64,000 nt of DNA. Source: a bacterium (GTDB lineage Bacteria; UBA8248). Location: NCBI GenBank assembly GCA_965213625.1, contig CBDBZU010000004.1:3296001-3360000 (forward strand), written 5' to 3'. The notes below the pieces were generated by a model. It had not been told where the DNA came from. It worked only from the letters and a program-made list of their open reading frames with translations, and ran no database searches. The translations under genes were made by a program, and so were the position numbers. Positions 29,951 to 38,117 of this stretch are shown here, in pieces (the first letter of the stretch is position 1; the number at the start of each line of letters is the position of its first letter).

Positions 29951-31396
29951 CTACTTCGTCATTCCCCCGCCCATTCGGGCGACGGTGCCACCGAGAGCAA
30001 CCGGGAACACGTTTTCCTCATCAGGTATGAGTTTACCGGGGTTCATCAAGCCATCTTCGTCGACTGCGTCGCGTACGCGCTCCATTATCTCGAGCGTGGG
30101 TTCATCGAACTGATCTTTCATCTCTCTGATCTTCTCGATGCCGATGCCGTGCTCGCCAGAGAGCACACCCCCGGCGCGTATGCAGGCGCGGAGCACCTCC
30201 GCACCGCATTCTATCGCCCGCTCGGTCTCTCCGGGCACCCGATCGTCGAACAAGACGTTGGGATGCAGGCTCCCGTCTCCGGCATGGAAGACGTTAGTGA
30301 TACGCAAATTAAAGCGTGCGGATATCTCATCGAACTCTTCGAGCACCTGTGCCAGTTTCGAGCGGGGAACCGTGCCATCCAGGCAATAGTAGGCAGGCGC
30401 GATAACCCCGAATGCTCCGAACGCTTTTTTCCGGCCCATCCACAGGCCCTCGCGCTCCTCTTCTGTCTCCGCGATCCGGAACGAGGAGCAATTGTTCTTC
30501 TCACTGACATCTCGAATTAAGGTTTCGAGCGGTTTGATGGAAGACGGCAGACCGTCGAGTTCGATTAGCAAGACGGCCTCGGCGTCCTTGGGATAGCCAG
30601 CCTGCACCACCGTCTCGACCGCCTCGATAGTGTAGCGATCCATCAACTCCATCGCGGCGGGCACCGCCCCTGCCGCAATGACGTCGCTCACCGTCCGGCA
30701 GGCATCCCCTACCTGCGTGAAACAAGCGAGCATTGTGCGCACGCTCTCGGGATTCGGCGTAAGTCGCACGGTGAGTTCCGTGATGACGGCGAACGTACCC
30801 TCGGAACCAATGAAGAACCCGCGCAGGTCCAGACCCGGCGTATCCTCCCCGTCCGCGCCCAGATGCGCCACCTCGCCCGTAGACAAAACGACGGTCATCT
30901 CCATGATGTGGTTTGTCGTCATACCGTATTTCAGGCAATGCGCGCCCCCTGAGTTTTCCGCCGCGTTGCCACCGATGGTGCAGGCCGCCTGACTGGAAGG
31001 ATCAGGCGCGTAATGAAAACCATGCGGCAGCGTCTCGCGGGAGAGGTGGAGGTTCACAACCCCCGGCTGCACGCGCGCGAGGCGGTTCTCGTAGTCGAGT
31101 TCCAGAATCTTGTTCATCCGCGTAAAGACGATAAGCACGCCACCCGGCAGGGGCGTCGCGCCTCCTGAGAGACCTGTGCCCGCACCTCTGGCGATCAGGG
31201 GCACGCGGTAATCGCGGCAGGTTTTCACGATCTGGCTGACTTCTTCGGTGCTCTCGGGCAATACGACGGCTGATGGAATGCCCTTGTAAATCGTGAGGCC
31301 GTCGCAGTCATACGTCCTGAGCGCCACCGGATCCGTATGGATGAATTCCTCCCCCACCACATCGGTTATTTTCTGAATGAATCCGGCGCTATCCAC
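29951..31396 (-). CDS. glcD: Glycolate oxidase FAD-linked subunit
   Basis: RGAGTGLSGG, PDPSS, GGAHCLKYG, HAGDG, GEHGIG; GTG start after GAGGG. Confidence 0.9.
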   Translation of the reverse strand: MDSAGFIQKITDVVGEEFIHTDPVALRTYDCDGLTIYKGIPSAVVLPESTEEVSQIVKTCRDYRVPLIARGAGTGLSGGATPLPGGVLIVFTRMNKILELDYENRLARVQPGVVNLHLSRETLPHGFHYAPDPSSQAACTIGGNAAENSGGAHCLKYGMTTNHIMEMTVVLSTGEVAHLGADGEDTPGLDLRGFFIGSEGTFAVITELTVRLTPNPESVRTMLACFTQVGDACRTVSDVIAAGAVPAAMELMDRYTIEAVETVVQAGYPKDAEAVLLIELDGLPSSIKPLETLIRDVSEKNNCSSFRIAETEEEREGLWMGRKKAFGAFGVIAPAYYCLDGTVPRSKLAQVLEEFDEISARFNLRITNVFHAGDGSLHPNVLFDDRVPGETERAIECGAEVLRACIRAGGVLSGEHGIGIEKIREMKDQFDEPTLEIMERVRDAVDEDGLMNPGKLIPDEENVFPVALGGTVARMGGGMTK

Positions 31397-31494
31397 TTCA
31401 AAACCCTCGCGGCGCTTCCTGAATGAACAAAAACCCATTAGAGTGGCGCCATTATACCCATGCGAATGAAAAAAACGAATAGAAAGGCAACTTT

Positions 31495-32796
31495 GTGAGC
31501 AAATCCGGCGGTTTCACTCCACTTTCCGGTTATCCTGCCAGATCCGGGCGAACAAGTGGTTTATATTACGGATGGGTGATCGTCGGCGTATCGTTCATCA
31601 CAATGGCCTTCCACATGTCGGCAAGTTTCTCGTTTTCCCTGTTTCAGGTTCCCCTCATTCAGGAATTCGGCTGGAGCCGGGGCGCTCTCGGCGGCGCATT
31701 CGCCCTGAGCATGAGCCTCTACGCCATCTGTAATCCCAAGGCGGGCTCCATCCTCGAAAGGAAAGGCCCCAGGGCCCTGATTCCATGGGGTTCGGTCTCG
31801 ATTGCCTTGGGACTCATGCTGGGCTTTTTCATCTCATCTCTTTGGCATGTTTATCTTTTTATTGGTGTTTTCATCGGCCTGGGGCTTTCGATGAGTGGCT
31901 TCGTGACGCACAGTGCGCTCCTGCCGCGATGGTTTTTCAGAAACCGGGGTCTGGCGGCGGGCATCGCCATCTCGGGCATCGGCATCGGCTCTTTCATCTT
32001 GATGCCCACCATCGAGAGACTCATCGCCGTCTTCGGCTGGCGCTACGCTTACCTGATTTTCGGCGCCTCGATACTCTTCATCATCCTGCCGCTCAAACTA
32101 CTCCTACTCAGAAACGCTCCCGCCGACGTAGGTCAGAATATCGATGGCGCGTCAGACGAAGAAGCCGCCGGGTTTCCGAAACCTCCTGCCTCCCAATCGC
32201 AAAATGTGGGAGAAGTATTCCGGCGCATAAGAGGGGAGAAAAATTTCTGGGCATTGACGATCCTCGTTTTCGTCATAGGCCTGAACAACAACTCCATCTG
32301 GAGCCAGCTCCAGATTTTCCTCGTCGACGCGAAATTCAGCACCGCATTCGGCGCTTTCGTTTTCGGGCTCACTGGCGCTATCCGTATTTTGGGCAGCGTA
32401 GTCCTGGGTTGGGCAAGCGATCGCATGCCGCGCAAAAGGGCCCAGGCCATCGCCCTTTTCCTTTCGGGACTCGGCGTCCTCATCTTGCTTCTCGTACCAC
32501 ATATGAACAACGGCATCGTTTTCGCTTTTATGTTCGCCGTCATCTACGGCTTCGGCGTCGGCGGCATGTCGGCATGCTATGCGGCCATGACCGCGGACGC
32601 CTACGGCGGACGCTCGTTCGCTGTCATCATCGGGTTACTGGAAATCTCTTTTGGACTCGGGGGATTCATCGGCCCCCCGATGGCGGGCTTCATGTTCGAC
32701 TATACGGGAAGCTATGTTCTGCCATTCTGCATCGTGGTCATATTCCAAACGGTCGCGCTCTTCGTCTGTCAGTTCGTCTACAGCACAGAGAGATAA
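31495..32796 (+). CDS. MFS transporter (OFA/MCT-like)
   Basis: YYGWVIV, WFFRNRGLA, DYTGSY. Confidence 0.88.
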   Translation: MSKSGGFTPLSGYPARSGRTSGLYYGWVIVGVSFITMAFHMSASFSFSLFQVPLIQEFGWSRGALGGAFALSMSLYAICNPKAGSILERKGPRALIPWGSVSIALGLMLGFFISSLWHVYLFIGVFIGLGLSMSGFVTHSALLPRWFFRNRGLAAGIAISGIGIGSFILMPTIERLIAVFGWRYAYLIFGASILFIILPLKLLLLRNAPADVGQNIDGASDEEAAGFPKPPASQSQNVGEVFRRIRGEKNFWALTILVFVIGLNNNSIWSQLQIFLVDAKFSTAFGAFVFGLTGAIRILGSVVLGWASDRMPRKRAQAIALFLSGLGVLILLLVPHMNNGIVFAFMFAVIYGFGVGGMSACYAAMTADAYGGRSFAVIIGLLEISFGLGGFIGPPMAGFMFDYTGSYVLPFCIVVIFQTVALFVCQFVYSTER

Positions 32797-32806
32797 GGCC
32801 TAACGA

Positions 32807-34090
32807 ATGAGAAAAAGAAAAAACGCGCGACCCTGGATATATTACGGATGGGTTATTGTCGGCACTTCCTTCACCGCCATGGCGTTTCATCAAACGGCGC
32901 GTTTTTCCTTTTCCATCTTTCAAGTTCCTCTGATTCAGGAGTTCGGCTGGGGGCGCGGCGCTCTGGGCGGGGCATATGCCCTGATGTTGGGCAGCTACGC
33001 GGTTTGCAGTCCCATCATGGGCAACTTGTTCGACAAAAAAGGCGCGCGCGCCATTATGCCTTGGGGTTCTGTGTTCGTCGGCACGGGCTTCACCCTCGCG
33101 TATTTCATCAGTGAACTCTGGCACGTCTACCTTGTCCCCTGTCTGTTCGTGGGGATCGGCATGGCGCTCAGCGGTTTCGCGCTGCACAGCGCTATCATGC
33201 CGCAGTGGTTTCAGAGAAAGCGGGGCCTCGCCACAGGACTGGCACTCTCGGGCAGTGGAACGGGAATCCTGCTATTCATCCCGCTCATCGAACGGCTCAT
33301 CGCCACACAGGGCTGGCGCCTTACCTATCTGATTTTCGGCCTGGCAGTCTTGTTTATCGTCGTCCCCCTCACAGCGCTACTACTCAGAAAAGGGCCCGAG
33401 GAAGTGGGTCAATACATCGACGGGGCATCCGAATCTTCTGTACGTTCATCCCCGAAACCAGGCAAAAAATCACCCAGCACGCCTTTGCTCCAGGTGTTTC
33501 GCCAAGTCTATCGGGAGAGGAACTTCTGGACGCTCCTCATCGTCGTCTTCTTCATCGGCTTGAACAATAACTCGATATTGAGCCAACTCCAGTTGTTTCT
33601 GGTCGACGCCGAATACAGCACGGCTCTGGCGGCTTTCTTTTTCGGGATGCTGGGCGCTATACGGATGCTGGGCACGTTTTCCGTGGGCTGGCTGAGCGAT
33701 TCTATCGGCAGGCCGCGCGCCCAGGCCCTCTCTGCCTTCATCACAGTCTGCGGAATCGCAATTCTACTGTCCATTCCCCATATATCATATAAAATTCTGA
33801 TGGGCTGGATATTCATATTCGTTTACGGAATGGGCCTCGGCGGCATGAGCGTGTGCCACTCCTCCATGTCTGCAGATGCGTTCAGAGGCCCATCGTTCGG
33901 GGCCACTATCGGACTGCTCGAAATTTTCTTTGGCTTGGGGGGATTCATCGGCCCACCGCTAGCGGGTTTTATGTTCGACTATACGGGAAGCTATATGATT
34001 CCCTTTGTAGGGATAGCGGTCGGCCTGTTTTTTTGCATCTTCATGTGCCTGTTCGTCTATGAAACGCCCCGAAGGGCTTCCTCAGCATAG
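32807..34090 (+). CDS. MFS transporter (OFA/MCT-like), tandem paralog
   Basis: YYGWVIV, WFQRKRGLA, DYTGSY; long identical blocks with upstream gene. Confidence 0.88.
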   Translation: MRKRKNARPWIYYGWVIVGTSFTAMAFHQTARFSFSIFQVPLIQEFGWGRGALGGAYALMLGSYAVCSPIMGNLFDKKGARAIMPWGSVFVGTGFTLAYFISELWHVYLVPCLFVGIGMALSGFALHSAIMPQWFQRKRGLATGLALSGSGTGILLFIPLIERLIATQGWRLTYLIFGLAVLFIVVPLTALLLRKGPEEVGQYIDGASESSVRSSPKPGKKSPSTPLLQVFRQVYRERNFWTLLIVVFFIGLNNNSILSQLQLFLVDAEYSTALAAFFFGMLGAIRMLGTFSVGWLSDSIGRPRAQALSAFITVCGIAILLSIPHISYKILMGWIFIFVYGMGLGGMSVCHSSMSADAFRGPSFGATIGLLEIFFGLGGFIGPPLAGFMFDYTGSYMIPFVGIAVGLFFCIFMCLFVYETPRRASSA

Positions 34091-34095
34091 CGGAA

Positions 34096-34917
34096 TCAAA
34101 AGGGCCGGCTCAATACCTCAAGCACTCTGGTAGCCTTCACCCTGTCGCCCTCGATGCGGAGGCGAGCCGCTCTTTCCTTAACCTCCAGACTCGCACGGCC
34201 TGTGGTAAGTAGTACAAGGTCGCTACCGCCACATACGACACGCGCGTCGCAATCGCCATGATCGGAAAACACGATTTCGGGCTTGCCTTTTTCGATGCGC
34301 AGCGCCCATTTGCGCTCGGGTTCGTTTGTTTCAAAGCAGATTGTTCCGTTGATATCCTTATCCCCCCGCGCACCGAAGAAGATGGGGAAACGATCGAGGA
34401 GACAATCCACCGCCACGGGCAGAGACGAAGCATGCAAATCGCCATCGGGCTGATTTCGAATGTCCCAGTCGTGGAGAATCAGTTCATAGAGCCTTTGCCC
34501 GGGAAACGTACGAATCGGGCATGGGGCGAGCCAGTGCCAGGCTTGTTTGTCCAGATCATCGGATCGAACCCCCTCAAAGACTTCCTGCAGCCGACATACG
34601 GCTTCGGTGAAAGCGTCTATGCGCTCTTCGCCCGATAGCGCAACGAGTTCATCCCCCACCTTTTTTCGATACGACCAGAACGATTTCAAATCCACCGCGC
34701 CGAAAGGCATCTCCAGACACCCTGCGGCGCCAGCGGGGATGACGTGCGCATAAAAACGCGCGCCCAACGTCATATGCGCCACTACATCTGCCACACACCA
34801 ACCTGGGCAAAAAGTGGGCGCGCGCCACCCTTGCTCGTCCAAGCATCTCAAGACATCGATGAACTTGTGATTTCCCTTTTCCACCCAGCAAACGACACCA
34901 GCAAAAAAATCATTCAT
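34096..34917 (-). CDS. Maleylpyruvate isomerase family (MDMPI/DinB-like) protein with C-terminal SCP2-like domain
   Basis: PTFCPGWCVADVVAH and ELILHDWD metal motifs. Confidence 0.8.
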   Translation of the reverse strand: MNDFFAGVVCWVEKGNHKFIDVLRCLDEQGWRAPTFCPGWCVADVVAHMTLGARFYAHVIPAGAAGCLEMPFGAVDLKSFWSYRKKVGDELVALSGEERIDAFTEAVCRLQEVFEGVRSDDLDKQAWHWLAPCPIRTFPGQRLYELILHDWDIRNQPDGDLHASSLPVAVDCLLDRFPIFFGARGDKDINGTICFETNEPERKWALRIEKGKPEIVFSDHGDCDARVVCGGSDLVLLTTGRASLEVKERAARLRIEGDRVKATRVLEVLSRPF

Positions 34918-34974
34918 AACGAAATCCCGCCCCCCTGCCCGGAGACGTGAAATTCCAAGCCCCCGCCAGCGTTA

Positions 34975-36027
34975 TCAAACGGGCATGGCCACTTTTAGTT
35001 CGCCCGAGATTTCCGCCACCTGCTTCCAAACGCCATCATCCACCGGGATTCCTTCCCGCAGCCTTCTTTCCTTTTCCCTGAAGCTGCGCTCCCCGGGCAC
35101 GCGAATCTCCTCCACGCCAGGGGCTCTGCGCGTGTTTTTGACCTCGGCGACATGGTAATCAACCATCTCCCTGAACACCTTCGGATCCCCAAATGCGGAT
35201 GGATCGATGGCGATGAACAAATCCCCCTTGTCGTAATGCCCCTCATGTACCGATTGACTGAGAGGCTTACCGACCTTGGCCCCAAGCAAAGGTCCCGCCA
35301 GAAGACCGATCAACAAACAAAGGCCGTAACCCTTGTGCTCCCCGAAAGGGGCAACCGCACCCGCAGCAGCCGTTTTCGCGTCCGTCGTCGGCTCGCCATC
35401 CGGCCCCACCGCCACGCCTTCCGGAATCGGCTCTCCCGTGACACTCGCTTTCAAGATCATCCCATAAGGAATGGCGCTCGTCGCAAAGTCGAGGAGTACG
35501 GGTTCGTCCCCGCCCTTTGGAACGGCTATTGAAAAAGGGTTCGTGCCCATGAGGCGCTCCACACCCCCATATGGATGAACAAGCGGCTGCGTGACGCCTG
35601 TAACGATTCCCACGCAACCTGCACGGGCGATACGCTCCGCATAATATCCCGTCATGCAGATGTGATCGCTATTCACGACGCCAACGGTGCAAGATCCCGC
35701 CTTTTCCGCTTTCCTGGCCGCGAGGGTTGCACCATAGGTTGCGCCCACGGGTCCCATGGCGCGATCGCCTTCCACCAACGCGGACCCCTCCCGCTCGTGC
35801 ACGACATGAGGTCTGGCATTTGCGTTAATCATCCCGCTCTGGATTCTTCGGATCATGTTCGGTAGGCGAATGAGGCCGTGGGTGGAATAACCCCTGAGAT
35901 CGGCTTCTATCAATACGTCGGCCGTCGACATCGATTGCTCGTGCGAACAACCCACGGCCGCCAGTATGCGCTCCATCAAATCGCGTAGTGCGTCCGCGTT
36001 GACGATGCGCTCTTTATCTAGACTCAT
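34975..36027 (-). CDS. Ldh_2 family (type 2 malate/L-lactate/sulfolactate/ureidoglycolate) dehydrogenase
   Basis: ADLRGYSTHG, GTNP, DFATS, HKGYGL, RVPGE. Confidence 0.9.
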   Translation of the reverse strand: MSLDKERIVNADALRDLMERILAAVGCSHEQSMSTADVLIEADLRGYSTHGLIRLPNMIRRIQSGMINANARPHVVHEREGSALVEGDRAMGPVGATYGATLAARKAEKAGSCTVGVVNSDHICMTGYYAERIARAGCVGIVTGVTQPLVHPYGGVERLMGTNPFSIAVPKGGDEPVLLDFATSAIPYGMILKASVTGEPIPEGVAVGPDGEPTTDAKTAAAGAVAPFGEHKGYGLCLLIGLLAGPLLGAKVGKPLSQSVHEGHYDKGDLFIAIDPSAFGDPKVFREMVDYHVAEVKNTRRAPGVEEIRVPGERSFREKERRLREGIPVDDGVWKQVAEISGELKVAMPV

Positions 36028-36049
36028 GTGCGAAAAAACCTTTCTGTCT

Positions 36050-36559
36050 CTAAAGATCGGGGTTGGGAGCGGAAACGCTCGGCTTGGTGACATGCATCAT
36101 CCAGCAATAAATTTCTATCCGATTGCCGTCAGGGTCTAAAAAGTAGAATGCATGGCTTCCGCTTCCGCCGATGAATCCGTTCTCATCCAAACCCTCATGC
36201 GCATGAACATAGGGACCCGAGACAAACTCCACACCACAGGATTTCACGTGTTCCTGAGCAAGAAGCCAATTTTCTCGGTCATCAACCTCAAAAGCGATAT
36301 GGTGTAATCCGACATCCGTTCGATGTTCGGAGTCGGTCATCGTCAACCCGGCTTTCACGGCGTCTTCGGGCAACTCGAACAAGACCAGAGTGTGATGCTT
36401 CTCCGCGCAACGCATGAAACAGATCGGACGGAAGAAATCCGGAGGACCCCATTTCCCCGTCAGCTTCAATCCCACCACCTCACGATAGAACTTGATGGAG
36501 CGTTCAACGTCACTCACGTGGATTCCCATGTGACCAAGTCGTGCAACATTACAACCCAT
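36050..36559 (-). CDS. VOC family protein (extradiol dioxygenase-like)
   Basis: LGHMGI, HH, LHHIAFE, YFLDPDGNRIE. Confidence 0.85.
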   Translation of the reverse strand: MGCNVARLGHMGIHVSDVERSIKFYREVVGLKLTGKWGPPDFFRPICFMRCAEKHHTLVLFELPEDAVKAGLTMTDSEHRTDVGLHHIAFEVDDRENWLLAQEHVKSCGVEFVSGPYVHAHEGLDENGFIGGSGSHAFYFLDPDGNRIEIYCWMMHVTKPSVSAPNPDL

Positions 36560-36703
36560 TCCTATCCCTCCAAGAACGAATGCAGTGCAGAAAAATTCGT
36601 TTGCCTAAAATGGTGCGGCATCATAACATGCGCGGGCACGGTTGGCGTGTGCCTGTCCAGTTTGCAGATAAGCCGCTTCATACCCCAATGAAAGGGCATT
36701 CGA

Positions 36704-37531
36704 ATGTCGAATAAACCGGGTATCATCGCAATTTTTCTTGCCGCCACCATACTCTTCTCCGGCATATATCTGCTCCCATCCGCGAATAGTGAAAAAGTGA
36801 AACCCGCCGCAAACACAATCTCATCAAAAGAAACCAGGTCGAAAGCAGCGCCTGCTCCCACCCTCTTGGCGCAAAATTTCGACAAAAAGCAAATTGAAAA
36901 AATCATCAGAGAATATCTCATTGAAAACCCTGAAGTACTTGAGGAGGCCATCAGGGCTTTAAGAACAAAGCGAGAAGCAAAGCGCCTGGCTGCGGCCCAA
37001 ACCTCTATCCTGAGAAACAGGAAACAAATCTATGAGGACCCCGATGACCCCGTTGGCGGGAACCCCAACGGAGATGTGACAATTGTGGAATTTTTCGATT
37101 ATCGATGCGGGTTTTGCAAGCGAGTGGCCCCTGTCGTAAATGAAGCACTCGCAAAAGACAAGAACATCCGTATCGTCTACAAGGAGTTCCCCGTACTAGG
37201 CCCGAATTCCATATTGGCGGCCCGGGCGGCTCTCGCCTCACGCGCACAGGGCAAATATCATACTTTTCACAAGGCTCTCATGAAGGCTAAAATTTCTTAT
37301 GATGAAGCGAGTATCATGAAAATCGCCGACACCGTGGGCATAGACACGGCTCGCCTGAAAAAGGACATGCAAGCGCCAGGCATCCAGGCCCAGATAGCCA
37401 AAACCCGCGCTCTGGCGCGCTCGCTAGGCATACGCGGCACACCAGCCTTCGTAGTGGGAGAACAACTCTTCCCGGGCGCGCTCAGTTCGGCTCAGCTTGC
37501 CCGTATGATTCAAATGGCGAGAAAGAAATAG
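36704..37531 (+). CDS. DsbA family (Com1/ScsC-like) thiol-disulfide protein
   Basis: N-terminal hydrophobic segment, EYLIENPE, EFFDYRCGFCK, GTPAF. Confidence 0.9.
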   Translation: MSNKPGIIAIFLAATILFSGIYLLPSANSEKVKPAANTISSKETRSKAAPAPTLLAQNFDKKQIEKIIREYLIENPEVLEEAIRALRTKREAKRLAAAQTSILRNRKQIYEDPDDPVGGNPNGDVTIVEFFDYRCGFCKRVAPVVNEALAKDKNIRIVYKEFPVLGPNSILAARAALASRAQGKYHTFHKALMKAKISYDEASIMKIADTVGIDTARLKKDMQAPGIQAQIAKTRALARSLGIRGTPAFVVGEQLFPGALSSAQLARMIQMARKK

Positions 37532-37536
37532 AAAAG

Positions 37537-37569
37537 AAAAAAGCCCCGGAGATTCCTCTCCGGGGCTTT
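37537..37569. terminator. Bidirectional intrinsic terminator
   Basis: AAAAAAGCCCCGGAGA-TTCC-TCTCCGGGGCTTT between convergent genes. Confidence 0.82.
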
Positions 37570-37585
37570 CCATCCATCGGCAAAC

Positions 37586-38038
37586 TCAGTCTACCGTCAC
37601 CGAACCCATTAACATTCTGCGGTAATCCCACCATTTCCATTTCTTGGGAACCATGGTGATTCGCACACGTATTTTCTGCGCGATGGGCGTATTTACGTAA
37701 TTCGCCCACATCTCCGGCCCAAAAAAGTGATCCACCACGCTTTTCAGCCCCTCGTGGTCCTTACCCATCACCTCGGAGACCTGCGCCTCCCCCTCCACGA
37801 CAACAGCGCGGAAAGGAGCTTCATCATCGTCGATGCAGATGGAAAACGCCGGGTTTCTCCTTAAATTCCTTGCCGAAACGGAATCCTCACCCGTGCTGAT
37901 GAAAAAACTGGCATCCTCGGGATTGAACAGATACAAAAGCGGAATTACGTGCGGGGAACCATCCGCATTCGTGGTAGCGATTCTCGCCATGTGGGGTTCC
38001 TGTAAAAATTCATCCATTTCGGTCGGGCGCTCGGCCAT
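37586..38038 (-). CDS. Pyridoxamine 5'-phosphate oxidase-like split-barrel protein
   Basis: IATTNADGSPHVIP, RNLRRNP, VVVEG. Confidence 0.85.
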   Translation of the reverse strand: MAERPTEMDEFLQEPHMARIATTNADGSPHVIPLLYLFNPEDASFFISTGEDSVSARNLRRNPAFSICIDDDEAPFRAVVVEGEAQVSEVMGKDHEGLKSVVDHFFGPEMWANYVNTPIAQKIRVRITMVPKKWKWWDYRRMLMGSVTVD

Positions 38039-38117
38039 TTTCCATCTCCTCTCGAAAATTCATGACGTTATGAATCATTCCCGATTTATCGCTCCAAAAT
38101 GATACCGGAGTCCTCCT

